From contig JBAXTI010000001.1 in assembly GCA_037130265.1 (NCBI GenBank), positions 394,377 through 458,376 on the forward strand: DNA of 64,000 nucleotides. Direction: 5' to 3'. Numbering within the stretch: position 1 is the first letter of the stretch; the number at the start of each line of letters is the position of its first letter. The notes beneath the pieces were generated by a model, which worked only from the letters and a program-made list of their open reading frames with translations, was not told where the DNA came from and searched no databases. Positions 39,165 to 48,094 of the stretch are shown here, in pieces. The position numbers were made by a program, and so were the translations under genes. This DNA is from a bacterium (lineage in GTDB: Bacteria; Patescibacteriota; Minisyncoccia; Phycocordibacterales; JBBTRF01).

Positions 39165-40178
39165 TTACCGCTTCGTAATAATCGACTTCTTGTAGGTGTC
39201 GAGGTGTTCGAGAGCGATACCAGTACCTTTCGCCACACAATACAAAGCGTCTTTCGCGAGTACCGCCTTCACGCCAGTTCGGCGATATACGAGCTCGGGG
39301 AAATTGCGGAGCATGCTTGAACCGCCGGTCATCGTGATACCGTTGTCGATAATGTCGGCAGAAAGCTCCGGGGGCGTTTCCTGGAGCACATCCTTGATCG
39401 CCTTGATCATGTCGCGGAGCTCTTTGCCGATCGCTTTCACGATTTCGTTCGTCTTCACTTCGGCGGTTCGTGGCAGGCCAGTGATAAAATCACGACCCTT
39501 CACTACCATCACCAACTCTTCATCGAGCGGCACCGCGGAGCCAATGTTGATCTTGATATCTTCGGACATTTTGTCGCCAATGGAAAGATTGAAAGTCTTC
39601 TTCACGTAATCGGCGATAGCTGCGTCGATGCGATTGCCGGCACATTTCACGGAGGTCGAAGAGACAATACCGCCAAGCGAGATCACCGCAACGTCGGTCG
39701 TACCACCTCCAATATCCACCACCATGTGCCCTCGGGCTTCATAGATCGGAATGCCGGCGCCAATCGCCGCGAGAATCGGCTCCTTCACCACGTACGCATT
39801 TTTGGCGCCGGCCTTGATTGCCGCCTCGATCACCGCTCGTCGCTCAGTCGAAGTCACGCCCGCTGGCACAGAGATCATCACTTCCGGCTTGAGCAAGTTC
39901 CACTTTCCTAGCGCCTTGTTCATATAGTAGCGAAGCATCGCTTCAGTGACGCGATAGTCCGCGATCACTCCATCCTTCATCGGACGATACGCAATGATGT
40001 TGTCGGGAGTACGACCAATCATAGCTTTTGCTTCGAGGCCCACCGCGAGAATGCGATTGTCCTGCTCAGATACCGCCACCACCGACGGCTCATTGAGCAC
40101 AATCCCCTTCCCAGGCAAAAAAACGAGCGTGTTCGCCGTACCCAGGTCGATACCGATTTTCTTCGTGAAAAGCGCCAT
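39165..40178 (-). CDS. mreB: MreB/Mbl-family actin homolog (second paralog)
   Basis: IGIDLGTANTLVF, VVDIGGGTTDVAVISLGGIV, MTGGSSMLRNF. Confidence 0.85.
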   Translation of the reverse strand: MALFTKKIGIDLGTANTLVFLPGKGIVLNEPSVVAVSEQDNRILAVGLEAKAMIGRTPDNIIAYRPMKDGVIADYRVTEAMLRYYMNKALGKWNLLKPEVMISVPAGVTSTERRAVIEAAIKAGAKNAYVVKEPILAAIGAGIPIYEARGHMVVDIGGGTTDVAVISLGGIVSSTSVKCAGNRIDAAIADYVKKTFNLSIGDKMSEDIKINIGSAVPLDEELVMVVKGRDFITGLPRTAEVKTNEIVKAIGKELRDMIKAIKDVLQETPPELSADIIDNGITMTGGSSMLRNFPELVYRRTGVKAVLAKDALYCVAKGTGIALEHLDTYKKSIITKR

Positions 40179-40234
40179 AACGTGCCGTTATCATACGCCG
40201 AGCGAGAGCATTCGGCAACTTGACGAGTTTTCCT

Positions 40235-41578
40235 TTATTTCTCTCGTCGAATTGTGGCGCCGAGCGCAGCGAGGCGCTCCTCAAGCTTCTCGTACCCGCG
40301 ATCGATGTAATACACATTCTGGATCACTGAAGTGCCTTTTGCCGCCAATGCCGCCATCACCACAGCAAAACCAGCACGAATATCGTGTGCCTGTAGAGGC
40401 TCGTCCTTGCCAAGTGCGATCAGCTTTTTTGCGTTCCCGTTATGTTGAGTGCTGCCATTTTCGCTACCAAACCCTCGCACCAACACCTCGCGCGGATTCA
40501 TCTCGGTGATTTCCGCACCCATGCGAATCAGGTCCTGCACATATTTAAATCGGCCTTCGAAAATTGTCTCAAACATGATCCCTTCGCCATTCGTATGTGT
40601 CAAAAAAGCGACCATCTGCGGCTGAAGGTCTGTCGGAAAACCTGGATATTCATGAGTGCGCACACTAAAGCTAGAAACATCGGCCCATTTCGTTTTCGCG
40701 TTGCCTTTGATATGAATTGAGTCTTTGCCGATCGTCAGAGGCACACCGGCATTTCGCAAAGCGGAAGTGACCGACTCGAGATGGAGCGGATTACACTGCT
40801 CAATAAGCAGATCGTCCGCACACAATGCACCAAGTAACAAGAAACTTCCTGCCTCGATACGGTCTGGAATTGTGTGATATTTTTTGCCGCCAGACTTGAG
40901 CAACCCTCCACCGACGATCGTCATGGTCGGAGAGCCGATGCCAGAAATATTGGCGCCGCACTGCACCAAAAATTCCGCGAGACTCACGATCTCCGGCTCC
41001 ATCGCGCAGTTCTTCAACACTGTCGTACCTTTCGCCAAAACAGCAGCCATCATCATGGTCTCGGTACCACCGACCGTCTGCAAAGCGAAGAAGATTTCTG
41101 CTCCTGAAAGCTTTCCATCGATCGAGTAATGATCACCTTTCACCACCACTTTGGCCCCAAGCTTTTTGTACGCATCGACATAGAGGTCAATTGGCCGTGC
41201 ACCAATCACACAGCCGCCAGGAACATTGAAAGACACCTTGCCGAACCGCGCGAGCAAAGGACCGGTGAGCATTACTGAGCCGCGCATCGCTTTCGTAGTC
41301 TCATGATCGAGGTCGGTCGAGACTATCGTTGATGCATTGATGCGGATTTCTTTCTTCGCCGCGTCAGTCGACACCTCTGCACCTGCCAATCGGAGCAAAT
41401 GCGCGAGCTTCTTCACGTCTTCAGTGTCTGGAGCATTGGCAATCACCAATTCATCGCTAAAAAGTACGCTGGCCGCCATCGCCTTGAGCACGGCATTTTT
41501 GGCACCATTGATCTGCACCTTGCCTTTCAGTGCCTTTTTTCCCGCCAATCCTTCAATAATGAGTCTGTCAGTATGCAT
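40235..41578 (-). CDS. murA: UDP-N-acetylglucosamine 1-carboxyvinyltransferase
   Basis: RLIIEGLAGKKALKGKVQINGAKNAVL N-terminus; catalytic-Cys region and two EPSP-like domains. Confidence 0.9.
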   Translation of the reverse strand: MHTDRLIIEGLAGKKALKGKVQINGAKNAVLKAMAASVLFSDELVIANAPDTEDVKKLAHLLRLAGAEVSTDAAKKEIRINASTIVSTDLDHETTKAMRGSVMLTGPLLARFGKVSFNVPGGCVIGARPIDLYVDAYKKLGAKVVVKGDHYSIDGKLSGAEIFFALQTVGGTETMMMAAVLAKGTTVLKNCAMEPEIVSLAEFLVQCGANISGIGSPTMTIVGGGLLKSGGKKYHTIPDRIEAGSFLLLGALCADDLLIEQCNPLHLESVTSALRNAGVPLTIGKDSIHIKGNAKTKWADVSSFSVRTHEYPGFPTDLQPQMVAFLTHTNGEGIMFETIFEGRFKYVQDLIRMGAEITEMNPREVLVRGFGSENGSTQHNGNAKKLIALGKDEPLQAHDIRAGFAVVMAALAAKGTSVIQNVYYIDRGYEKLEERLAALGATIRREK

Positions 41579-41666
41579 TGCCAGATTGTAAGGCCAAATC
41601 GCACACTTGTGAAGCGCAGCTGTCGCGGAACTTCCTTTTTGTCGATGCAACAGCTACTATAGAAGT

Positions 41667-43568
41667 GTGCAGATTATCCACGTCATCCCCTTCGCCAAAG
41701 GCCTTGGCCGAGAGACCCTTTCATACTTCAGTGCCGAGCCAATCACCGTCGGCTCAATCGTCGAAGTACCCATCAACAAGCGCGCCGTGTCGGGCATGGT
41801 GGTCTCATGTGAAAGTGCCGAGCATCTAAAATCGGAAATCAAATCCGCCACTTTTGAGTTGAAAAAACTGTCGTCGACTAAAAGCGCACCCTTTTTCCTA
41901 CCGGAATTCATCGAAGCCGCAAAGCATGCAGGTACGTACTTCGCTGCCACGACGGGTGCCGTATTGAGCGCGACTATTCCGAAGGCACTCACTGAAAACC
42001 TCTCCGACTTCCCCATCACCCACACGGATCGTCGCCAGCAGCCGCTCCACGAAGCATTTATCTTGCAAACCGACGAGGAGGAGCGCTTCGGTCATTACAA
42101 AAGCTTGATCCGCGAAACCTTTGCCCGCAAAGGTTCGGTCTTCTTCTGCTTGCCGACGGTTCACGACATTCACGCTGTCGCTAAAAAGCTGGAGAAAGGC
42201 ATCGAAGAGTACACCTTTGTCCTACACGGATCGCTCGCGAAAAAAGAGCTCGTGCTACGCTGCAAAAAACTCCTCGCCACCGACCATCCGGTACTCATTA
42301 TCGCCACCGGACCATTTATGTCGCTTCCGCGAAAAGATATTGGCGCAATCATTGTGGAAAAGGAAAGCTCTCGTTCATACAAAACTCAGCAGCGGCCGTA
42401 CCTAGACATCCGCACCTTTGCGGAATATTTCGCAAAACAAATGCGCGCAAAGATCGTCTTTGGCGACATCTTTTTGCAGACCGAAACCGTGCATCGACAT
42501 CAGAACGGCGAATTCCAAGAATTGTATCCGATCAAATTTCGCTCCCTCACTACCAGCGAGTCTTTTGTTGCCGACCTGCGCCGATACAAGACAGAAGTGC
42601 CTGCCAACGGCATTGCAAAAAAATATCAGATCATTAGCGACGAATTTGCCGAGTTGGTGCGGACAAATCAGCGCAACAACGAACACCTTTTTGTATTTGT
42701 GGCACGCAAAGGCCTGTCACCCACCACCATCTGCGGCGATTGCGGGACCATTGTGGTCTGCCGTGAGTGTCAAAGTCCTGTGGTGTTGCATGCATCAAAA
42801 AACGGCCCCTTCTTTTTGTGTCACAAGTGCGGAGAGCGACGTTCAGCCGAAGAACGCTGCACGAACTGCGACAGCTGGAAGCTAGTGACCCTTGGTGCCG
42901 GTACGGAAAAGATTGAGGAGGAGATCCGCAAAATCGTCCCGGATGCACATATTTTTTCACTCAATCGGGACGCCATCAAGACACACAAACAGGGTGCGAA
43001 AATCGCTGCTGAATTTTATGATACTCCTGGCAGCATTTTGATCGGTACAGAGATGGCACTCTTGTATTTGGATGCACCAGTAGAAAACAGCGCAATCGCC
43101 TCTATCGACTCTTTGTTTTCTATTCCGGACTTCAAGATCAGCGAAAAAGTACTGAGCATTTTACTTCACATCCGCTCATGTACTCAGAAAATGCTCCTCC
43201 TCCAAACGCGCACACCAGACCAGCCGCTCTTCGGCTACGCACTAAAAGGCAACATTCTCGACTTCTATCGCGAAGAAGTCGCATTGCGCAACATGTTTCG
43301 CTATCCACCCTTCAGCACACTCATCAAGCTATCCATCGAAGGCAAGAAGGATGACATCGTCGCCGAAATGGGCCGGACAAAGGCCGTGTTCGCCGATCAA
43401 GAGATGGATGTCTTTCCTTCGTTTGTGAAAGGCAAAAATGGCACTTCAATCCTACACGCCCTCATCAAGGTACCGAAAAAAGAGTGGCCAAATGCCGAGC
43501 TTTTTGGACGTTTCCAGAGCCTGTCGCCACGTTGGACGATCAAGGTGGATCCGGATAGCTTGCTGTAG
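41667..43568 (+). CDS. priA: primosomal protein N' (PriA)-like
   Basis: N-terminal 3' DNA-binding-like domain and the PriA Cys-rich zinc-binding region (CGDCGTIVVCRECQSP...CHKCGERR...CTNCDS); helicase motifs look degenerate. Confidence 0.7.
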   Translation: MQIIHVIPFAKGLGRETLSYFSAEPITVGSIVEVPINKRAVSGMVVSCESAEHLKSEIKSATFELKKLSSTKSAPFFLPEFIEAAKHAGTYFAATTGAVLSATIPKALTENLSDFPITHTDRRQQPLHEAFILQTDEEERFGHYKSLIRETFARKGSVFFCLPTVHDIHAVAKKLEKGIEEYTFVLHGSLAKKELVLRCKKLLATDHPVLIIATGPFMSLPRKDIGAIIVEKESSRSYKTQQRPYLDIRTFAEYFAKQMRAKIVFGDIFLQTETVHRHQNGEFQELYPIKFRSLTTSESFVADLRRYKTEVPANGIAKKYQIISDEFAELVRTNQRNNEHLFVFVARKGLSPTTICGDCGTIVVCRECQSPVVLHASKNGPFFLCHKCGERRSAEERCTNCDSWKLVTLGAGTEKIEEEIRKIVPDAHIFSLNRDAIKTHKQGAKIAAEFYDTPGSILIGTEMALLYLDAPVENSAIASIDSLFSIPDFKISEKVLSILLHIRSCTQKMLLLQTRTPDQPLFGYALKGNILDFYREEVALRNMFRYPPFSTLIKLSIEGKKDDIVAEMGRTKAVFADQEMDVFPSFVKGKNGTSILHALIKVPKKEWPNAELFGRFQSLSPRWTIKVDPDSLL

Positions 43569-43577
43569 TAGCAGCTA

Positions 43578-43605
43578 TTGACAGCTGTGGCCATTGTGCT
43601 ATACT
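43578..43605 (+). promoter_or_regulatory. sigma70-type promoter TTGACA-16-TATACT
   Basis: attgacagctgtggccattgtgctatact, 10 bp after the priA stop. Confidence 0.6.
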
Positions 43606-43611
43606 AACCTC

Positions 43612-43898
43612 AGTTCGAAAATACAGCTTTGGTGTCTCGGCCAACAGCCGCGCTCTCTCGTCTCCCCCACCCGGACAAGAGAATCACGCAGCTGAAGGAC
43701 CCGAGCCACCGTTCGTCCTGAACCTGCGACCTCGCAATTCTGGACACCAAGGCGGCGGGGAGCAAGGATGGCCCTCCTTCTCCCCGTCCGCCCCAGCTGC
43801 CCCAGCTCTTTCAGGTACCCCTTGTACCACCGATCACTCTTCATGATGTGATCACCCTTTCCCCCAGCGCAACCCTTGAGGATGCGCTGGTTTTTTTT
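43612..43898 (+). ncRNA. candidate structured RNA / regulatory leader (~285 nt, unclassified) with an embedded 27-codon ORF
   Basis: Own promoter and intrinsic terminator, several long complementary segments, and no plus-strand ORF of 60 aa or more. A 27-aa ORF 43768..43851 (MALLLPVRPSCPSSFRYPLYHRSLFMM) carries an SD (GGGGAG, 5-nt spacing) and ends 15 nt before the terminator stem. Confidence 0.45.
43866..43898 (+). terminator. intrinsic terminator (cagcgc aacccttgaggat gcgctg + T8)
   Basis: Read directly, 19 nt upstream of the def start. Confidence 0.65.
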
Positions 43899-43916
43899 GA
43901 CAAAATCGGCTAGTAT

Positions 43917-44447
43917 GTGGCAATGAAGCCGATACTCCAAAAGGAGGCTCCTGTCCTCCGCCAACATGCCAAACCGGTGCCCTTGAAGGACATCGGCGGC
44001 GTTCGTTTGAATGCCATTTTAAAAGACATGCGCGAGGCACTTGCAAAGGAGGCCGATGGTGTCGGTTTGGCCGCACCACAAATCGGCGTCCCTTTGCGCA
44101 TTTTCATCATCTCCGACATTGTCTTTTCTTCGGACCGCGTAGGGGCAAACGGCACGCCACAACTCACCTATATCAACCCTGAGATTGTCTCCACTTCGAA
44201 AGACAAGAAGCAAATGGAGGAAGGATGTTTGAGCGTTCGACCATTGTTTGGGAAAGTGCGTCGCGCGTCAAAGGCTACTATTCGAGCATACGACGAGCAC
44301 GGCAACGCATTTGAGCGTGGCGGCAGCGGTCTTTTGGCACAGATATTTCAACACGAAGTCGACCACCTCGACGGCATTTTGTTCACCGACAAAGCGAAAG
44401 ATGTCCGTGAGATGCCTGTACCAGAGCAGGTTGACGCAAAAAAATAA
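43917..44447 (+). CDS. def: peptide deformylase
   Basis: GVGLAAPQIG, EGCLSV, QHEVDHLDG motifs; GTG at 43917 or ATG at 43923. Confidence 0.9.
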   Translation: MAMKPILQKEAPVLRQHAKPVPLKDIGGVRLNAILKDMREALAKEADGVGLAAPQIGVPLRIFIISDIVFSSDRVGANGTPQLTYINPEIVSTSKDKKQMEEGCLSVRPLFGKVRRASKATIRAYDEHGNAFERGGSGLLAQIFQHEVDHLDGILFTDKAKDVREMPVPEQVDAKK

Positions 44448-44448
44448 C

Positions 44449-45384
44449 ATGAGTCTTGCCGCCCCCAAAGCAACATCAATATCAGGTGCGTCCCCAAAAT
44501 TACATATTGCTTTTTTTGGCACGCCTGAATTTGCCGTCGATATTTTGAATGAATTGGAAATAGCCGGATTCGCACCGGCGCTCATCGTGACCAACCCGGA
44601 CAAGCCAAAGGGTCGCAAACTCGTCCTCACTCCGCCTCCGACCAAAGTGTGGGCAGACAAGCGTGCTATCAAAGTCGCCCAACCAGACACCTTGCGAGAC
44701 GGAAAGCTCCTCCAAGAACTCCGCAAGGAACGCTGGGATTTGTTCATTGTCGCGGCATACGGCAAGATTATTCCGAAGGAGTATATCGACCTCCCTCTCC
44801 ATCGCACACTGAATGTGCATCCGTCTCTCCTGCCAAAATTTCGCGGTGCGTCGCCGATCCAGTCGGCCATAATCGCGGATGAAAAGCACACCGGCGTGTC
44901 CATCATGGTACTCGATGAAGAAATGGATCATGGACCGATCCTTGGACAAGAGTCGCACGTGGTGAGAGATTGGCCAAAAGTGGACGAACTCGAACGCGCG
45001 CTCGCGCAAAAAGGCGGAGCCTTGCTCGCGCGCCTCATCCCTCAGTGGATCGACCGCACCATCGAAGCCGTGCCACAAGAACATCATCTCGCCACCTACA
45101 CAAAGAAAATCGCCAAGACCGACGGCCTGATCGACCTCGAAACGGTCGCGAGCGACCCCTACGCAGCATTTCGAAAGATCCAAGCTTTCGCCGGCTGGCC
45201 AGGAGCGTATTTTATGGAGCCGAACGCCACGACCGACACAGAATCGAATGCAAAGGTGGGCGCTAAGCGTGTCATCATCAGCGACGCCACATTTGCAAAC
45301 AATGAGCTCACCATCAACAAAGTGATTCCCGAGGGAAAGAAGGAAATGACGTACGCTGCGTACCGAACGCAAAAAAGCGTGTAG
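44449..45384 (+). CDS. fmt: methionyl-tRNA formyltransferase
   Basis: Internal ATG one nt after the def stop; AFFGTPEFAV, NVHPSLLPKFRGASPIQ, C-terminal domain. Confidence 0.9.
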   Translation: MSLAAPKATSISGASPKLHIAFFGTPEFAVDILNELEIAGFAPALIVTNPDKPKGRKLVLTPPPTKVWADKRAIKVAQPDTLRDGKLLQELRKERWDLFIVAAYGKIIPKEYIDLPLHRTLNVHPSLLPKFRGASPIQSAIIADEKHTGVSIMVLDEEMDHGPILGQESHVVRDWPKVDELERALAQKGGALLARLIPQWIDRTIEAVPQEHHLATYTKKIAKTDGLIDLETVASDPYAAFRKIQAFAGWPGAYFMEPNATTDTESNAKVGAKRVIISDATFANNELTINKVIPEGKKEMTYAAYRTQKSV

Positions 45385-45435
45385 CGATTTCTCGCTACGC
45401 GCTTTTTTGCGGGCCTACTGCCCCACCTACCGAAA

Positions 45436-45810
45436 TTAGCCTCGTCGAAAACCTTTCAACATATCCTTAATCTTCTGACCACCGCGGCGCAATCGGCTCT
45501 GCTGCTTTCCCTTCTTTGAGACAATACTTCGGGTGATTTCGTCTTTCACCGCATCGATGGCCGCATATAGGTCTGCATGCATTTCTTCCGCTCGCAAATG
45601 CATGTCCCCCGCATGAAGATTTACTTCCGTACGAAATTGCGCGTCACCTGCCTTGTGGTGGTGCGTGGTGACCTCGATCTCAACATCAGCTCGTGCTGCG
45701 TCTCGGTGCGCCTCATCAATGAGCTTTTCCACATTGCCGATCTTCTTCTCAACATACTCGAGGATTGCCGGAGTGAGCGTGGTGTTGGTCGCTTTAGTGG
45801 TGATACGCAT
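45436..45810 (-). CDS. hpf: ribosome hibernation promoting factor (RaiA/YfiA family)
   Basis: MRITTKATNTTLTPAILEYVEKKI..E......A...V.I is the S30AE signature. Confidence 0.8.
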   Translation of the reverse strand: MRITTKATNTTLTPAILEYVEKKIGNVEKLIDEAHRDAARADVEIEVTTHHHKAGDAQFRTEVNLHAGDMHLRAEEMHADLYAAIDAVKDEITRSIVSKKGKQQSRLRRGGQKIKDMLKGFRRG

Positions 45811-45917
45811 GTTGGTGTGAGATTAGTGAATATGACTGAGAGGCTCGAACGGTGCTTTTCCTTACCCCCTCATTTTATCAGATTGGGGAGCACATCTCAA
45901 TACCAACAAGTAGTCCC

Positions 45918-46145
45918 TCAATCCCCAATATCGACACTCAGAATTTTCGACGGTGAATGATGTCCGGAGTTCATCCGCACCTTGCCTATCGGAAGCTTGA
46001 AGTGCCTTGCCACGAGCTCCAGCACCCGACCATTCGCTAGGTTGCGTTCAGCCGGCTCGCGCACCGAGATCGTGAAATGATCCTTGGTCTTTTGGGCGAG
46101 TTTCTCCACTTTGGCATCGGGAGTGACGCGGATCTTTATATACAT
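45918..46145 (-). CDS. DUF167 (YggU) family protein
   Basis: IKIRVTPDAK.......T.DHFTISVREPAERNLANGRVLELVARHFKL....V....G..S..K. Confidence 0.65.
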   Translation of the reverse strand: MYIKIRVTPDAKVEKLAQKTKDHFTISVREPAERNLANGRVLELVARHFKLPIGKVRMNSGHHSPSKILSVDIGD

Positions 46146-46294
46146 CGCCCTACAATACTACAACATCTTGACCATATTTTTGAGTTGGAATATACTTATC
46201 TCAAGCGTTTGGAGGGTTCGCCCTCTCACGGCACTAAGCTGTAACCAAACGCCAACAAAGGACATCGCCGACGCGGTGTTTTTTGTTGGTGCAT

Positions 46295-46768
46295 CTAAAG
46301 ATTCTCAAGAAAATCTTTGTCGTGAAAGGTCCTCTCCCGCGTACTCGAGTTGGTACTCCAAAACGGAATAATGCTCCAGAAGAACTTTTCACCATCTTCT
46401 ATTTGTTTCACTAGTATCTTTACTCTAAACTGGTCGACGATTGCAATAAATTCAAAATAGCTTACTGATCTAAGGAACATCTCTGTCCTACTGTGAATTT
46501 TTACTCTTTCAAAAGCATTCGTACGTAGTAGACCTTGTAGCGTGCCTGATGCCCCGAGTATCTTGGGTGCAAAAGCAATGAGCTTGAAACGCATATACTG
46601 ATCTCCAAGATTTCGGGCCTTACCTCTTTGCTTAAACTTAAGATGTTCCAGACCTTGGGCATTAAATGACACCTTCTCCTTAAGATATGGGCAATACACC
46701 TGCCCTATGTTTTGATAGAACGCCTCACCTTTCTTTTTGATAGCTTCGAATTTGGATACATCTACCAT
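46295..46768 (-). CDS. hypothetical protein (AT-rich segment)
   Basis: ORF 46295..46978 trimmed to the internal Met because its 5' end would overlap the tRNA-Asn 5' exon. Confidence 0.35.
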   Translation of the reverse strand: MVDVSKFEAIKKKGEAFYQNIGQVYCPYLKEKVSFNAQGLEHLKFKQRGKARNLGDQYMRFKLIAFAPKILGASGTLQGLLRTNAFERVKIHSRTEMFLRSVSYFEFIAIVDQFRVKILVKQIEDGEKFFWSIIPFWSTNSSTRERTFHDKDFLENL

Positions 46769-46923
46769 GGAAGACAATTGTATCGAAGCGACGCAGCAAA
46801 AAGCCAGCGTTTTCTTTAGAACTTTTTTATCTCGCCCTCGACAGAACGACCTCTTCACTTTTCCAGCATTTCTGATAAGATAGCTCGCAGAAGCTCTTTT
46901 TGAAGCGCTCAGCAGCGCAATAT

Positions 46924-47296
46924 TCCGGGATAGCTCAGCGGTAGAGCAATCGCCTGTAAACCCACATTGCGTAAGCAACGGGTTCTTGCAGCTTCACGGC
47001 GAAAGCCGTGTCGAAAACGAGGTGAATTCGGTGAAACCCCCTAGCGGGGCAATACCGAGCCAAGCCGAGTTTGTTGGTGCGAAAATCGTACCAAGAATTC
47101 GGAAGGTGTAGAGACTATCCACTTAGTGGAGTACTTCTGAAAATATTCACGTTTGTGTATTTTCAGCGGGAAGCCCCTCGTCCCTTGATCCCTCTTCAGG
47201 AGGCACATCATGGGAATGATATAGTCCATCCCTTTTAGTAATAGAAGGAGCGATGTAAGCGATTGGTCGTTGGTTCGATCCCAACTCCCGGAGCCA
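46924..47296 (+). tRNA. tRNA-Asn (anticodon GUU) interrupted by a group I intron in the anticodon loop; 3' CCA encoded
   Basis: 5' exon TCCGGGA TA GCTC AGCGGTA GAGC A ATCGC CTGT| ; 3' exon |TAA GCGAT TGGTC GTTGG TTCGATC CCAAC TCCCGGA G CCA. Acceptor stem is 7/7; U1:A72 and G73 as in E. coli tRNA-Asn; short variable arm. Confidence 0.7.
46958..47255 (+). ncRNA. group I self-splicing intron (~298 nt) within tRNA-Asn
   Basis: 5' exon ends in U with a downstream GCAG guide; P2 CACGGC-GAAA-GCCGUG; P7 strands GAGACUAUCC / GAUAUAGUCC; terminal G (cgatG|taa); no internal ORF. Confidence 0.65.
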
Positions 47297-47457
47297 GTTA
47301 GGGTTATCAGCTAATTCTAGTACCAAATTGAACGGAGAAGCTATTGAAAAATATAGCTTTTTTCCGTTTACGGTAGGGTTCTGAAGAAGGTAACTCAAAA
47401 ATGCTCGTTTTCCTGCAACTTCAGAACTATTTTCAAAAATGCTCTTGGCCCTGCGCG

Positions 47458-48054
47458 CTACGGAGATGACTGTAGCAACAGTCGTTTGGTAATCATGGTC
47501 GGCTTTTGAGTGTTCAGAAAGTTCAATTTCCAAAGTCTGTATCTGGTCTTGATACTCTTGATGTTTCTTGTCATAGACATCCTTAGTAATTCACCGCCCT
47601 CCACCAAATCTGTTGCTACCTGAAATTTATCACCCTTATACCTATGAACCGCCAGACTGACTAGGTAAGTATCTAGTCCGTATTCTGAAGCAAGTTTTTC
47701 TCTGATTTTATACTCCTTATTATGAATAAGTTTGTCTGCGCGTTTTTTCAGCGCCTCATAATCATCGATGATTCTACCGATCTCATAATTAAAGTAACTA
47801 TGTTCCGATGTTTCTTCTGACGTCCAAATATGCTCAGCCTTGTATTGTTCGTGTCGCTTATTTTCAATACGAATTACCCTTTTTAAGGCGCGCATGAATG
47901 ACCTGTTCCTTACCAAATCATCTACAAGTCTTAGTATTTTTCTCTGTCCTTGAGATATTTTTTTAGGATTAAGAAAAGGTAGTTCGTGATTTTCATCATT
48001 ATACTCAATAACCTCCTTTTTCTTTTTCTTAGAGTTTTCTTGAGCCTCGGTCAT
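47458..48054 (-). CDS. hypothetical protein, possibly the 5' part of a frameshifted gene continuing in ORF 47147..47533
   Basis: Two overlapping minus-strand ORFs in different frames; the distal one runs into the tRNA 3' exon; no motif recognised. Confidence 0.3.
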   Translation of the reverse strand: MTEAQENSKKKKKEVIEYNDENHELPFLNPKKISQGQRKILRLVDDLVRNRSFMRALKRVIRIENKRHEQYKAEHIWTSEETSEHSYFNYEIGRIIDDYEALKKRADKLIHNKEYKIREKLASEYGLDTYLVSLAVHRYKGDKFQVATDLVEGGELLRMSMTRNIKSIKTRYRLWKLNFLNTQKPTMITKRLLLQSSP

Positions 48055-48094
48055 ATTCTTTACTTTACTTTACAGAGTAGTAAAATACAAGCAT

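Noticed and set aside
43612-43898. RNase P RNA, tmRNA, SRP RNA, T-box or ZTP riboswitch as identity of the def-upstream RNA
   Set aside because: The hallmark sequences are absent on either strand: GGAAAGUCCGG / ACAGNRA for RNase P, the tRNA-like GGUUCGA...CCACCA end for tmRNA, GGAAGCAGCC for SRP, the T-box AGGGUGGUACCGCG box, and the ZTP pseudoknot motifs. Only a GGUACC fragment partially matches the T-box.
43599-43967. 122-aa minus-strand ORF covering the def upstream region
   Set aside because: It is antisense to a promoter- and terminator-bounded structured RNA and overlaps the def start. It has no motif, so it is most likely spurious.
46924-47296. Alternative reading of the intron-containing tRNA as tRNA-Tyr(GUA), with loop CTGTAAA from the 5' exon alone
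   Set aside because: That reading would make the intron start after A and end in A, which is incompatible with group I splice rules (5' exon ends in U, intron ends in G). U1:A72, G73 and the short variable arm all fit Asn, not bacterial class II Tyr.
47147-47533. 128-aa minus-strand ORF as an independent gene or homing endonuclease of the intron
   Set aside because: Its 3' third overlaps the tRNA-Asn 3' exon and intron on the opposite strand. It shares a 75-nt out-of-frame overlap with ORF 47458..48054 and has no GIY-YIG, HNH or LAGLIDADG motif. It is treated as a possible frameshifted fragment only.
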